Positions 14,001 to 29,019 of a stretch of 64,000 nt of DNA are shown piece by piece. The DNA lies in assembly GCA_016748015.1 (NCBI GenBank), contig JAAOMT010000074.1, forward strand, positions 1 through 64,000, written 5' to 3'. The position numbers and the translations under genes are program-made. The number at the start of each line of letters is the position of its first letter. The first letter of the stretch is position 1. The DNA comes from Geosiphon pyriformis uo1 (taxonomy: Eukaryota > Fungi > Glomeromycota). The notes under the pieces were generated by a model that worked only from the letters and a program-made list of their open reading frames with translations, was not told where the DNA came from and made no database searches.

Positions 14001-16623
14001 ATAAACTAGTTATAATTTTAATTAATAGAAGAATCCAAAAAGATATTTACCAAATACACTTTTAAAATTACTAGATACAACTATAAAAATAAAGTAAAAA
14101 TATATAACCAAATTATAAATCATATTTATCTAACCAAAAAAGCTTAAATTTAACAATTAAAATAAATAAATATTCAATTATATGAAAAATGTGTTATGTT
14201 TTGTAATAACCAATAATGTTTAGAATATTATGCTCTTAATATCTTCTTGTCTAGTAAAAATAATAAGTACAAAATCAAATTTGAAAAACCTCAATTAGAA
14301 GAAAAAATTGCAACAATTCTAATTTATTTCACTAAAAATCAGTCTGCCATGCAATTCAAGTATTTCGACAATAATGGTCAAAAAATCAAGCCAAAAAAAG
14401 TTTATAAAATTGATATTGAATATAATCTATAATATTTAGACAAAAATACTCTGATCTTTTAACCCAAGTCCCTAACAAAAATCAATTTAAAAATTGTTTT
14501 TAAAATACTACTAAGAGCAATGATTCAAATTGCTTTCCAATTATTATTGGCAAGCAAAAAAATTAATATTAGAAAAGGAATTATAAATGCAAAATACATC
14601 AAAGATATTATAATTATACTATAAAACAAAACAAAAAATTTATTTAAGATAGAACATACTAAAAAAATTGTCCAAGCAATTTACTTATCTTTAATCAACA
14701 TTTTGAGTTTACAACCAGTTAATTAAAGAAAACAATTAGACAAAAGTGAAAAAAAACTCAAAGTTTTGGTTTAACTAAACAATTTACAGTTTCAGTAAAT
14801 ATAGCTCTCAATGTACAGAATAAATCTTACCAAATTCTTCGACTTTTACAAAATTACCATATTACTTTTTAAAAAACATTACAAAATCTATACTTGTCCA
14901 AAACCAATTACTACTTAACAAATCTTCAAATTAAATAAACAAATTTGTTTAAAATATGAAATCTCAATTCTAAATATTTATATTCCAAAAGAAATAAAAA
15001 AGTTCTAAGTTATATTTTATAATTTCAACAACTATTTTATTGTTTTATTAAATAAATTAAAAATTAGAATCATACATAGCAATATCTTCTAAAATAAAAC
15101 CTCTTAAATTGTTTTTAATTTTATTGAAATTATAAGACATACATTATTTCCAAATTTAAACATTATTTTTAGTACTGAAAATTACCATATTATTAAAGAA
15201 AAACTTTTTTGAATCAACATGAGTTTCTTGAAACTTTAACAACAAAAACAATTAAAACAGTTAATTGCCAAATATGCTGATATATTTGCCAAAAATAACA
15301 ATAATTTAGGAAAAACAGATATTGTTCAACATTAAATTCATACAAAAAATGCTTTACCAAAATAGCAACAAGCTTACCAAGTTCTATCTTCTAATCACCA
15401 ATTTATTAGAAAAAAGATCCAAAGAATGCTCAATAATAGATTGATTCAACTATCAAGAAGTTTATGGGTCTTACCAGTAGTTCTTGTCAAAAAAAAAAAC
15501 GAAAAAATCAGATTTTGTGTTAACTATTGTCAATTAAATAGTATTACAATTGGAAATAGATATCTACTTTCAAAAATTCACAATATGTTAGATGCTTTGG
15601 AAAAAGCCAAGTTTTTTTTAACATTAAACTTAGAAAGTGGATACTAACAAGTCGAAATAGACCCTAAAAATTGTTACAAAACAGCATTTACAACTTAGAG
15701 AAGAAACTATGAATTTAATGTTATGCTATTTAAACTTTGCAATACACCAACAATATTCTAGTAACTCATAGATGTTGTTTATGAAAAACTCTTATGGCAA
15801 TTAGTAATTGTTTATTTGATGATACTAATATATATTCTCTAAATTTTGAAGCTTATCTAATTCATTTGCAAGAAGTTTTTTAATAATTATGAAAAACAGA
15901 ATTGAAATTAAATATTGAAAACTATTATTTCAGAAAAACAAGCTTAATTTTTCTTGGACAAATAGTTAACAAAAATAGAATCCAATCCAATCCAAAAACA
16001 ATTAGTGCTGTTAAGATTGCAAGATTCTCTGAAATACTACAGAACTAAAAAAATTCATAAGATTAACTTCTTACTACCAAAAATTTATCAAAAAATTCTC
16101 AGAAATTGCCAAATTTCTTAACTACTTGATTAACAAGAATGTGAAATCTTAATAGATACAAGCTCAACAACAAGTATTTGACACTTTCAAAGAGAAATTC
16201 ACTACAGCTCTAATACTTGCATATCCAGATTTTAGTAAAAAGTTTTAGTTAGCCACCAATGTTTTACACATAGTTTTTGGTGTCATTCTATTATAATTAG
16301 ATAACAATAGCAATAAACAAGTAATTGCTTATGTCAGTAGAACTCTCAAACCAACTGAACTCAAATATGAATCTACCAAATTAAAAGCAGCAGCCATTAT
16401 TTGGGCTCTAAAACACTTTTAACAATACTTTTGAAATGAATTTTAATTTAATATCATCACAAATAACATTAGTCTCAAATGGCTTAACAAGAAAAACTCT
16501 AAACTTAGTGTCAAACAATCTTAATAGTCTGATTTTCTAGCAAACTACAAATATATTGTTTACTACAAACCAGACAAACTACACACAAATGTTAATAATC
16601 TTTTAAAAATGAGACAGAATTAA
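11068..16623 (+). pseudogene. Gypsy-1 gag-PR-Cys-rich-dUTPase-RT-RNase H polyprotein, disrupted
   Basis: Remnant motifs collinear with Gypsy-2, e.g. SLWVLPVVLVKKKNEKIRFCVNY. Ends ...MRQN* at TAA 16621-16623. Confidence 0.85.
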
Positions 16624-16683
16624 CACCAATACAACTTTAACACAACTTACTAGCTTAACAACAAACAACAAATTCAATAAACA

Positions 16684-18067
16684 ATAAATCTCAGAAATCA
16701 CAACAATATCAAAAACTATTTGGAGATCTTTACTATGCCAAAAAACTGGTCTTTAGTTAAAAAACACTGATTACAATACTAATCTAAACAATATTTTCTA
16801 TACCACAACAAAATCTATTATTAAAATCACTAAAACTCAATAAATTCACTTAGAGTAGTCTAACAAAATAAAAAAAAACAATCTTATACAACATATATAC
16901 AGATCTTTTATCAAAACATCTAAGAAAAGATAGCACAATACAAAAAACATTAAAACATTATTTTTGGTCTTACATATACCAAGACATTTAATAGTATGTA
17001 GAATCATGTGATAGTTGTCAAAAAAGAAGAGAAATTCGACCCACTAAATCTCTAAATCCAATTAAAGTTAGACAATTTTTTGACAAAGTTGGTATTAATT
17101 TAGTCAGACCACTATCTATCACAAACCAAGAAAATTATTATATTGTAATTGCAGTAGACTATCTTACTAATTAGTTTAAAACCAAAGTTATTCAAAGAGT
17201 AAATGCCAAATTAATAGCAAATTTTATTTATAAAAACATCATTTGTAAACATAGATGCCCAATTAAACTTTTATTTAATTAAAAAACACACTTTGTAAAC
17301 AACTTAATACAAGAAATTTGTAAATAATTCAATATTAAACAAACTTTATCTTTACTATATTATTTACAAACAAATAGATTAGTAGAACATTTTAACAAAA
17401 CATTGTGTAAATCATTAGCCAAAGTTTCAACTGATTTTTAACAGAAATGAGATATTTTTATTCTATTAGTGTTACTGGTATACAAAATATTAAAACAAGA
17501 TACAACAAAGCACATATTATTTAATTTGACTTATAAAAGAATAGCAATGTTACCAATTAATTTTAGAGTGGAAACATACCCAATACAACCAATTACTAAA
17601 AAAAACTTCTAAAAGCCATTTCAATGAAGAGCTTATATTTTGTTCAGTACTTTAGAAAAAAAATAACAAATAGCAGCAACTCATATTAAATACTCTCAAA
17701 CTTAACAAAAAAAATGGCATGACAACAAATTACTACCAGTCACCAATGAATTTAAAATTGGAAACAAAGTTTTTTTATACAGAACTAAGGCTAAAAACAA
17801 TGAACTAAAAAATTTGAACATAAATGAGACAAACCATTTTATATTCATGAAATTCTAGACAATATATTATATAAGTTAAGACTTAATGACAAAGTTTTAG
17901 CAAAAATTACATATAGAAATTAATTGAAATACTATTATTTTAAAAATCATTGTAAACCAGTAATTCCACAAATTGGTACATATTCTCTTTTAATTAATCT
18001 TAAAGATATTTTTTGAAACTTAGAACCAATAGTTGTAATAAAACAACAATTAAATCTAAACATTTAA
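16684..18067 (+). pseudogene. Gypsy-1 integrase ORF, disrupted
   Basis: HHCC remnant (CDSC ~17007), VGINLVRPL, AVDYLT, QTNRLVEHFNKTL and C-terminal LEPIVVI. ATA at 16684 is a probable mutated ATG. Confidence 0.82.
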
Positions 18068-18101
18068 TTTATTAATTATATTAGTATTCATTCCAAATAA
18101 C

Positions 18102-18902
18102 ATGGAAATATTAAACAAAAATAGGAAATAATTAACAAAAACCCAAACCAAAAATATATAAAAATCCCTATATCAAAAATAATTCTTTTTTTAATTTTTT
18201 TTTCATAACAAAATTTTATATTATAATACTTATTTCTTAAAACATTTAACAAATATTCCAAAAATTAATGTTAGTCTTGAAAACACTTTTTGATTTATCC
18301 ATAATAATAAATAAAAGTCAAATTAATTACATTTAGAAAAAAATCACAGTCCTAATAGCAAACAATTTGCAAAATTATTACTTTTATAAAAGAAACACAA
18401 GAAGTTATTCTGAAATTCAATTACCAAAACTTTTGAAACAAGCATTAAAAAAAACTTTTTTATTTGCTTCTATTGATATTCTAACAAATGCCACAATACA
18501 ACAAAAACTTTTACAGTACTTTAATAAACAGAATAATAAATATACTCTTATATATAGATACTTTTATATTAGAAGAATATTTTATGAATAAAAACTAGAA
18601 CTTATAACAACAAACTTCATTCTTAAAGCTATACAAAAACAAATTTACAATAAATTTAAGACAGCAGCTAGACCAACAAACACTCACTATAAACTTATAG
18701 TAGCTTTTAGACTCTATAACTTGTTCAATACTTGCAAAAATTTCCTACAAAATCTAATATTACAACCAATGAAAATTCAATACATTGGCAAATTTACAGA
18801 ACTGAAATTTTAACAATTTTTAGACCAAATTATTACAATTATTTTGAACCACTATCTTAGTATTACAGATAATACTTGAACTTTGATGGAGCTCAGTCTT
18901 AA
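18102..18902 (+). pseudogene. Gypsy-1 ORF3 of unknown function, disrupted
   Basis: ATG at 18102. Motifs YRYFYI, VAFRLYNLFNTC and terminal GAQS* are shared with Gypsy-2 ORF3. Confidence 0.65.
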
Positions 18903-18913
18903 GAAGAAGATTA

Positions 18914-19856
18914 TGTTATCAGTAGAATTTTAGCTATTAATTAACATGAAATTACTTTTCTAATTTTTAGTATTAATTAGTATATATTATTATCATTTTA
19001 ATTATTATTTATTAGTTAATCAAATTATTAAATATTACTATTCAATTAATAATCCAATTTGTATTATAGAAATTAAGATGATTAAATTACACAATACTCT
19101 AAATCATTTAATATTCAAAAATTTGCTGAAATTGATAAAAATTGGCCAAAATAATCAATAGTTTGTAAAAATAACTTGTAGTTCACTGAAATGTATCTTT
19201 AGTTTACTAAAATTATAGCAAAGAAAAAAGTACAAGTTCAAAGACTAGTATTACAACAAATTGTATAAAAAAAGAGCTTTTTTCTTCAAGAAAATGTATC
19301 TTATTTTAGATATCTAAATTAAAACAAATTATTTCTTACACATTTTTACAAAATTAAATAAAAATCAAATATTTAAAAACCCAAATCTTTAATTATTCCA
19401 CTTGAACTTTCAAAACCCAACTAATGTTTTAAAATTGATTAGCTACTAATTTCAATAATCTGTTAGTAACTTCAGGCCTGGATAGAAAACAATTCTCTTA
19501 ATAAAATTCTATTTTTTTTACATTTTTTTTATTTTTTTTTATTTTTTTTATTATAATTATTAGAGTAATCTACAGACAATATTTTTGTAAAAGAGTTGAC
19601 TTTCACAGCAAAATAACTACATATTTTTAGTAAGCTTTCAGATGAGCAATTTTTGGGAAAGAGTTAATATTTATTACAATATAACTACATAAAATAACTG
19701 GCATAGAATTGGTCATTCCACTTATAAGTTTAGCAGTTCAAATTATAGGAAATAATTTGAAGATAAATTCAGTTATTGGAGGTTTACTAACTTCCAAAAA
19801 ACATAAATTTACAACAAACAGACATTAACAATATTTACCAAAAACCTTCAGTAACA
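18914..19856 (+). repeat. Gypsy-1 3' LTR
   Basis: TGTTA...TAACA termini; direct repeat of 10085-11023; preceded by the PPT. Confidence 0.9.
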
Positions 19857-20600
19857 ATAGTCTATAGGAGACTGCTGACAGCTGTAAAGAAAAAACTTTA
19901 TAATAGGAATTATTCAAGTGTGCTTTATTTATTATGTAGTAATATTAAATTGTCAGATCATATTTTTACTTGTTCAAAAAAAGCTAATATGCATTCTGGG
20001 ATATTACTAAGTCATATGAATCTGTAGAAGTCTTTGGCAAATAATTTTTTTCTATCTTTTTCTGTGGTATTATGTATATTTCTTTTTGGAATTTTGGATA
20101 TTAGCATCTATGCAGTTTTATACAAAAGATTTGTTTTCAGAAATTGGATGAATAAAACAGATTTGATCTTTGAAAATAAAATAAAAATAGTGTTGGTAAT
20201 TGTTGATTTTGTTTACAGTCTGGCTAAAAGACATTGAAATAAGTTGTGATTGTTTAGGACTAAGTTTAAAGTAGACATAGAAAAATGTAATCTAATTGAT
20301 AATATTGAATTGGTTTCTGTAGTTTTATGTGATATGTTAGGTTTCTTGTCTAAGGGAGTTGTTTAGTTATTTAATGTTGTTAAGTTTTTTACTATTAGCT
20401 TTAGTTTGTATAAAGCATATGAATTTTTTTTAGGTATTAATAATAATACAAAAATTTATATATGTGTATAGTATTGTTTTAATTGACCTAAATAACCAGT
20501 TATGTATAATAAGTGTATAAACCACATTTAGTTAGATTTACCTATTTGTTTCTGTATACTAAATAGTAATTAGACCACACTTATTAAATAAAAAATAAAA
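19857..20600 (+). mobile_element. LINE-C: 3' fragment (ORF2 C-terminal ZnF region, 3' UTR, A-rich tail)
   Basis: Translates as YRRLLTAVKKKLYNRNYSSVLYLLC, homologous to LINE-A HHRLPVAVYKCLYSRSYPSVLCLYC. 3'-UTR motif at 20470-20600. Confidence 0.8.
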
Positions 20601-20959
20601 AATAATATTATTAATATTAATATATAATTATTATTAAAGATTTTATTTTTAAAATTAATCTTTTAAATTATAATTAGTATTTAAAAATACTATTATTTTT
20701 GATTTAAACATTGTAAATTTTGTTTATAATTTGGCTATTTAATATAATTAAATATTTAGTTATTAAATTCTAAACTTAAAATTAAATATGAAAAAAATAT
20801 AATAATAGATAACAAATTAATTTTAATTATAATTTAAAATTTAATTATAATTAATATTAATATTTTTATTTATAAAAATAAGTTTTTTAAAAATGGTTTA
20901 TTATTTTAATTGTAATATTGTTTTATAAATAATTGAAAAACAATAAAAAAACTTTTTCT

Positions 20960-23900
20960 TGTCAATCTTTTGATCATAATAAGAGCAAAAATTTATTAAA
21001 GATTTAACACCCTTTTTTCTCTTGTCTCTTTTATTCTTTCATAGTTATTTCTTCTAATATGCTTGTTTTTATTGTTATAAAACCAGTGGCTCTTCTGCTG
21101 GTGGCTCTGATTTAGGTTCAGCTGGTTTGGGAACCTGCCCTAATACCAAGAAGAAGTGTATGGAAAGTATCTACTCTTATGGTATATTGTATAAAAAGCT
21201 AAAAAAACCAGATGCTGGTGGTGTTTTGGTTGACTTGTCTATTAGTTCTCTGTCCTTAGAAGATATTGATGTTTTTAACAGTAAGCCTGCAGTATCCTAA
21301 GGAAGCAAAGTTGGCAGTATTACTAGCAGTGTGAATGGTTTCTCAGATGTTAAAAATATGGTAAACATAATTGCCAAGGAAACAAGCTATGCTAAATCAG
21401 ATGAAGATGATGATATAAACAATGTTATGTTGAAAAAAACTTGCATCCAAATATACGTGCTGAACAACTCTCCAAAAGCTTCAACATTTGACATTATGAG
21501 TAATGATAAAAATATGTTGAGCCTTTTGTCTCCAAAATTTAATGGTTCTAATCAGCTGCCACCTGTTAGGTTATATGTCTTGGAAAGATAAAGGTTTAAA
21601 CCAATTAAATTATTCATTCTAAATGTGAAGTTAACTGCTGTATCTAAAAAATCTAATAGTAATAAGTTAATTTTAATCAAAAAAATTTTCTATTGAATTG
21701 ATGGTTTTGGGAAGACCTTCACTCTCTCAAAGTTTCCAAAAATTATTAGGTCATTTTTTATATCTGAATCTAGTTTAAATAAGGCAAAAAAATTGGCAAT
21801 CTGTGAAAAAATTCTTGTTAATAATGATTTAAGAAAGGTAAACAGCTGTTTGGATCAGAAAATAATTGTCAAAGAGATTTTAGTCAATCTTTCCAAATCG
21901 GCTGTGGAGTCTGTTTTTTCTAGGTTTAATAAGATTGTGTTGATTAAGATATAATTGATTAGTTTATGGCAAAAGGCTTTGGTAAAATATGAATCATCCA
22001 AGATAACTGATTTGGTCACAGCCAGATGGTCTGTTTTTATAAGAAAAAACTCTGTTTGTGTAAGAAAAGCAATTGTTAATAAACAGACATAGGTGTCCAG
22101 GAACCAGCATCAAGCTTTGTTGTACATGTTTCTAATTGGCACTACTGCACATGATCTATCTGATTTGTTGGTTTCTTATGATAAAAAAACTTGTTTCATT
22201 AGATGAAATCCAAATTTATATGTGCATGATAGGTGTGCAATAGTTTGTTTTAAAAATGAAACATTCAAATTGGCTGCTATTGGCTCTACTCCAGTGTTTA
22301 AGAGTGTAAATTTGTGCTGAACTGGTCTCTCTTTGGCCTGTTGTGCTCAATGTAAACAATTTGGTCATATATCTGTTGATTGTACAATGAGTAAGAATTT
22401 TGATGATTGTGGTAAGCAAGTAGTAACTTCTCAGAATTGTGTCTGCTTGGCCAATATTTATAAAAAAAAGCAGGCACTTATTACTTGTTTGGTTTTTTTT
22501 GATGACAAGACTTGGGCTCTGATTGCTGGTGGTTTTCTCTCTTGTATAATCTCATCAGATTCCTTTGGTGCTAGTTTGTCTTTAGATGTAAAACCTATTT
22601 CAATGGTTTCCAATCCTCTTAGTGATTCCTGTTTGGTTAGTTATTTGGCTTTTTTAAAACACTTTTTAGAGCTTTAAGTGGATCAAATTTCTGTTATAAT
22701 AAAAAAATTGAGCTTTGTAAAATTGGTGTCTTTGGTATCCAAATCCCATGTATTTTTTCTGGTCACTTCAGTGTCTTTGGCTTCTAATTTGAATTCGGAT
22801 ATGACTTTGGATAATATGTTGATGTTTCTTGCTCTTCCTTTTTCAGTCATTGCAGATACAATTGCTAATTTCAGCTCAAGTAGCTCTAAGGTTTTGACTA
22901 CCAAAGTGAGTGAATTGGAATCTAAGATGGTGACTTTAGAAGTGTCAGTTAAATCAGTTTTGGAAAGGTTAGATTATTTGTGCTCTGGTTTAGATTTGTC
23001 AGCTCCCCTTACTTCTCAATAAGTAATTTGTATGGAAAATTGCTATGTGTAATGTTCACAGTATCAAAGTTTCTGCCAAACAAAAGAATATTATTCATTG
23101 GCATAGAAATTTTAAAAATTTGGTTTCAATAGTTATGGAGACAAAGTTGAGGTTTAACAGTAGGCCATAAATTAAAGATAAGTTTAGTGGAATTAAGATT
23201 TTTTCATCTAAGTTGGACAAGGGGTTTCTTGGTGCTGGGGTGGCAATTATTGTAAATGCTTCTTTGACTTGTCATGTGTATAAGGTTTTTAAAGTGCCTG
23301 GCCAGCTCTTCTCTGTTAAATTGCTTTTCAAAAATAAACTTTCTGTTTTGATTCTGGAGTTTTATGCTGATGTCTCCTTGGCTGTTTGTTTTTCTCAGAC
23401 TGATAATATTAATTTTCTAATAGCTAAGACTGTAAATGAATTTTTTTTTGTTGTATTAGATGGTGATTTTAATAAAGATGGTTTCTGCAGATATGCAAGT
23501 TTCAAAAAATGCCTCGATTTTGGGCTGGTCAATTTTTTATTGGGAGTTTAATTGCAAAAAATCCTACATGGAAAAATTTAAGAGATGTCAAGAAGACAAT
23601 TGATTACATGTTTATTTCTTTAAATTTGGTTAATGCAGTAGTAGGTCACAATGTTGTGGATATTAGTAAATATTTCAACACTGATCACCAAACAGTTTTT
23701 TTGTCTGTGAGTTTGGATGGGCTTTTGGATACACAATTGAACTCTATTTGCAGGCAAGCTAATAAGGACCAGTTGAAATTCGATTTTAAGAGTGCTAAGG
23801 ATACAAAGTAGAATGATTTCAAAAATGCCATAGCAGCCAATACAGCAATGTTTTCTAATGAGTTTGCAGTCTCTATGAAGTCTTCAGATTTAGATGCAAT

Positions 23901-26900
23901 ATGGGATGTTGTTTGTAGAATAATAACTTTTTTGGCTAATAAAATATTTAAAAAAAAATGGTTCAGAAACTATGATGATGTTTTTACCAAGGATTCTTCT
24001 AGATTTCATAAACTAGAGCTTTTGGTTTCAAGAATTGTCAAGGCTTTTTGTGATAAGAGTCTTAATAGATTTGTGTCCCTTATAAAGTATTGGGATTCTT
24101 TGAACAGTATTAAGACTTTGGTTATTCAGAATTTTGTGGACTCTGGTGTAAGTTTTAACTATGTGCATTCAGTTTTTTTCAGTATAAGGAAATTTTATCA
24201 TGCCTTTAAGCTTGCTAAGTCTTTGTGAACTAAGAAGTCGGAAATCAGGTCAGTTATTAATAAAAAAATAGAAAATTTTGTGGTCAATAAGGGTTATACA
24301 ATCAGAAGTATACTAGAGCATTTTTTTTGAAAGGTAGTTTTGAACTATTTGGTCATTAAGAATGAGCTAATTTTGAAACTCAAACTGGTTAAGACTAAAG
24401 TGGATTTGATTATGGAGGGCTGGACTAGAAAGTGCAGAATGGAGGCTAATTTTTCTGATGAATGATCTCATCAATATCAGCTTTTGGAGTACATTTTTAA
24501 TAATGCTTTTTCAAATGTGATGGGTTTGATAAACTTTAATGAATTGGTTAATATGGTTTCTAATTTATCTGATAATAAGGCTGCTGGTCTTTCAGAGATC
24601 TCAAATGAGCTTTGGAAACATTATAACAGAATGGTTTTGGATATGTTTTTGGCACTTTTGAATTCTTGTTTGTCTTATGAGTTGGTGTTCTATGCTTGAA
24701 AGAAAGCTTGAGTTTTAATGATTTTTAAGCCTTACAAGTAGAAGAGCATTTTTACTAATACTCGGCCAATTGTTTTAATTAAGACAGCCTGTAAAATCTT
24801 TTCCAAGATTTTTTCAGACAAGATCTTGTTGGCATGTAGCACTTTTGATGTTTTACATAGGGATAATTTTTTAGTTTTAAAGAGTATGATGACACAATCT
24901 CCTATTTTTGCCATTAGTTTGGTCATTAAGGATGCTTTGGAAAAAGGTCATAAACTATAGTTGGTTCTGCAAAACATAAGAAAGACCTATAACTCTGTAG
25001 AGTGAAAACATCTTAGAAGAAGCTTAGTTAAGATAAAAATGTATAACAAGTTTATTAAGTTTTTTGGTGGCATTTATAATAGTCATGTTAATAAGGTTAT
25101 AACAAATTTTGGGTTAATAGATAAATATTAAGTACATGATAGTTTAGATTAGGAAGAGGTGTTTTTGCCACTTCTTTGGTGCATATTTTATGATTCTCTT
25201 TTGTGTAAGGTCAAAAGACAAAAAAATATATATGAATACAGACTGAACTCTTATTATATTTCCAGAACAGGTTGCTTAAAATCTTAAGCTGGTTTGACAT
25301 CTTTTCTCACTACTGGTGCTTTTGTTAATAATACAATCTGAATTGGTAATAGCCAAACTGTGACCCAACACATTCTTAATGTTGCTAGTAAATTTTTTCA
25401 GATCAATAATATTTCTATCAATAATAACAAAATGGTGGCCATTCCTATTAATCACAAAATTGATTGTCCTAATTTGTATATTAGTGATTTGTCTATTTCT
25501 ATTACCAAGAAAAGTGAGTTCCATTACTACTTGAGTATTTTTTTTCAACCAAAGATTTGTTGAAATTTAGCTTGGCTAAGGCACATTTTGATGTCTGTTT
25601 TTTTGCCAATCTTGTTCTGAAGAAAGCTGTTTCTGATAAGCAATTTTCATATTTAGTGTCAGCAGTTCTTCATTCCATTGTCAGTTACAGAACACAATTC
25701 AGTTTTGTTCCTATTAATGTGTGTAATAAGTGAAATGCTTTAATCTATAAGAGCTTAAAATTAAAATCTGGTCTGTCTTTCGATTTTTTAATGATGTGCT
25801 CTATCATTTTTCATTGTATGGTTTGAAAACTTTCAAGCAGATCCAAGCTAAGAACAAAGTGGCTTTTGTGGTATGTTTTGTAAACTTTGTCGGAATTTTA
25901 GGTCATTTGTTTTTGTACTGGTCTCATAATTTGCAAGTTATGTCTTAGAGTCTATTTTATCTTTTAGTCTCTTTTGTTCATATTAGGATCAATGCTTCTA
26001 ATAATTTTTTGGCTGGTGTGATTCATATTTTTCTCAGGTGTGAATTGTTTTTAGGTAGTCATATAAACAGTTTTTTCTATTTTCGTGGTGGAATTCTTAT
26101 GTTATTGGTTCTTGGCAAGTCTGATTTTTTAAAGTTTTTCCTGTTTTTTTGGTGCTATGGCATTGTTTTCATGAAGCAGCTTCACTGTAAGGATGGTTTT
26201 GTTTTTAACTGGAAGACTTTCAAGTGTTGGAAAAAATTGGATCTACATAGTTCTGTTCCTGACTGGTTTGGACATTGTGTTAACTTCCTTAGTAATGTGG
26301 CTTTTTCTCTTGTTTACTTGGCTCCTTTGGGTGTTTCTGAATCTTTGAGTGTTTTGGAGACTAGTAAATTTAGGCTTGTATGTAATTATTTGTTGGATGT
26401 TACAGCTGACAGTTTTTTGTTTATATTAATAAATCTCTAAAGAACTTGGGAAGTGTGAATATTATAGTTGGTATGGCAGTATATTTTGAGAATATTGATC
26501 TGGGTTTGAGAGTTAGAGTTTTAGGTTTGATATCTTCTATTCTGGTGGAATTGCAGACTGTTGTATTGGCTTTCAAGTGTGTTCTCTCTCTTAGCTTAGT
26601 TTGCTTTTTTACAAACAGTCAGACTGCTTTGAATGTATGCAAATTGGAATTGGATTTAGTGTGTCTGGATTTTTGGAATTGGTGTTGGGTTAAGTGTCAG
26701 CACATAATGAACATTGTTCAGAAGAAAAATTTAAACATTAGTTAGTATAAAGTAAAGGAGTATTTGAGTGTCTTGGGTAATGTGCATGCTAACATGCTTG
26801 CTAATATGGCTTCTCTTTTTTCATAATGTTTTCCTCTCTGGTTGGATGAACACTATATTTTGGCTGATGGTAGTATTGTTTTTGACAATTCTAGGCATTT

Positions 26901-27836
26901 TGTTCATGGAATCTTTCAGTCTATTCATCATACATGTTGAAAAGTCAGTTCTGGTTCTAGGGTTCTGGATTGTAGTTTGCTGTCAAATGTGAATTGGTCT
27001 AGTTTATCTTTGGTGTGGCATTTCAATTTGCACATAGCTGCTGGATTCACTAATAGGCAAATTGTGGGTGCCTGTACATATTTCATGAAGGCTTTACACT
27101 GTCAGTTGCTGGTTGCTGTTTGGAAGTGCCTATATGACAAGAGTTACTCCAGTGTATTATGTCTGTATTGTAATGATATTGAGATCTTGGATCACATTTT
27201 TTTTTGCATGGTTGATAAGTCTGTTTGCTGCCAATTATTGAATGCTCATATAGTTGCTTAGATTATGCTTTCTGGTTTTTCTTGCTTATCTTTATATGTG
27301 TCTTAGCTGCTATCATCCTGTGTTTCAAATAGGGCAGTATGTATGGCTCTTTGTAAGAACTTTGTTTTTGATGATTGGCTCCAAAAGACTGTGTCTATTT
27401 TCAGATATGCAAAAATTGCAGGTCAGAAAATTGTGGACTTTGTGCATGACTTCTACTTGGCTTTCAGAAGTGAGGCTTGGTTTGTCTGTGCTAAGCATTA
27501 TGCATTCATAGAAAAGAATGGACTAATATTATATGATAGTTTGGCTCTGGTTTTAGTCTCTGGGCTACTCTTGGTGTTTTTTGCTGGTGTAATTAGATTG
27601 CTTGATATTGTTAAGATATTTGGTATTAGTTTTGGGTTTCATAAGTCCCACTTGTTTTTTTTGAGATTGGTAATCCTGTTTCTGTTTATATAGGTGCTTA
27701 GTGTTGTCCTAATTGGTTTAAGTAACTGGTCATGTGTAGAAAATACATGATTCACACCTAGTTTAGATCAATTATTTAATGTATTGTACTAAATAGTGTT
27801 TGAATCTTGCTTGTTAAAATATTAATAAAAAAAAAT
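20960..27836 (+). mobile_element. LINE-D: near full-length degenerate LINE with poly(A) tail
   Basis: ORF1 ~21059-23022 (CCHC knuckle), ORF2 23019-~27700 collinear with LINE-A, 3' UTR ending ...attaataaaaaaaaa. 5' boundary approximate. Confidence 0.92.
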
Positions 27837-28038
27837 ATTATTTTATAACTGTTTTTTAAATGTTTTTATAAACATAAAGTGTTTTTAATAATATAAACAT
27901 ATAATATTGTTTTAATTAATTTAAATAATTAGTTATATATAAAAAAAATATAAATTATACTTATTTTAAAATTTAATATAATTGTATTATAATAAATAGT
28001 AATTAAATTATATTTTTCTATTATTAATTGTTTAACAA

Positions 28039-29019
28039 TGTTACTGGAGGTTTTTGGTCTCTTTTCTGTAATGTTATTGATACTTATTTGCTGTGAATTC
28101 ACGTTTTCTGGATGTGGTTGAACCTCTAATAACTGAATTTATCTTCAAATTATCTCCTATAATTTGAACTGCTGGGCTTATAAGTGGAATGGCCAATTCC
28201 TTGCCAGTTACTTTATGTAGTTATGTTGTAGTAAATGTCAACTCTTTCTCAGGAATTGCTTGTCTAGAAGCTCACTAAAAATGTGTAGTTACTTTGCTGT
28301 GAAAGTCAACTCTTCTACAGGAATCTCGTCTGTAGGCTACCCTAATGATTGTAATAAGAAAAGAAAAGGAAAATAAAAGAAATATAAAAGAAATAGAATT
28401 TTGTCAAGATAAACGTTTTCTATCCAGGCCTGGAGTCACTAACAGTTTACTAAAATTAGTAGCTAATCAATTTCGAAATATTAGTTGGGTTTTGGGGATT
28501 TTCCAAGTACAATAATTAAGGAATTTGGTTTTTCGAATTATTTGATATTTATTTCTTTTTTTGTGTATATAGGAACGGTTTTAAGAAATAAATCTAAAGT
28601 AAGATACATTTTCTCGAAGAAAAAAGCTCTTTTTTTATACAACTTGTTGTAACACTATTCTATGAACTTGAACTTTGCTATTTTCTACAATTTCGCCGAA
28701 CTAAAGATACATTTCAGTGAACTACAAGTTATTTTGGTGAACTATTAGATATTTTGGTAAACTATCAATTATTTTGGCGAATTTCTACAAATTTCGGCGA
28801 ACTTCTGAATGTTACATAGTTTGGGGTATTGCATGATTGATCATTGCAATTAGGTTACATTTGTGTTGTGTGCAATTTGGGTTATTAATTAAATAATAAT
28901 TTCGGACATTTTTGCTAATGTAATAAGTGATCATTTGAAATGATAATATATGCTAATTAATGATAGGAATTATAAGATAATTTCATGCTAAATAATATCT
29001 CTAATTTCATCTGGTAACA
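28039..29019 (-). mobile_element. Solo LTR, Gypsy-1 family, with perfect 4-bp TSD ACAA
   Basis: TGTTA...TAACA termini; reverse complement of the Gypsy-1 LTRs; ACAA at 28035-28038 and 29020-29023. Confidence 0.92.

Larger units (their letters stand above)
10085..19856 (+). mobile_element. Gypsy-1: full-length but heavily mutated Ty3/Gypsy LTR retrotransposon with dUTPase
   Basis: ~940-bp direct LTRs, PBS remnant (tttggtactttt), PPT (aagaagaaga, 18901-18910). Domain order gag, PR (LDSRS ~13136), Cys-rich, dUTPase (~14390-14780), RT (15426-15647 fragment), RH, IN. Confidence 0.92.
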
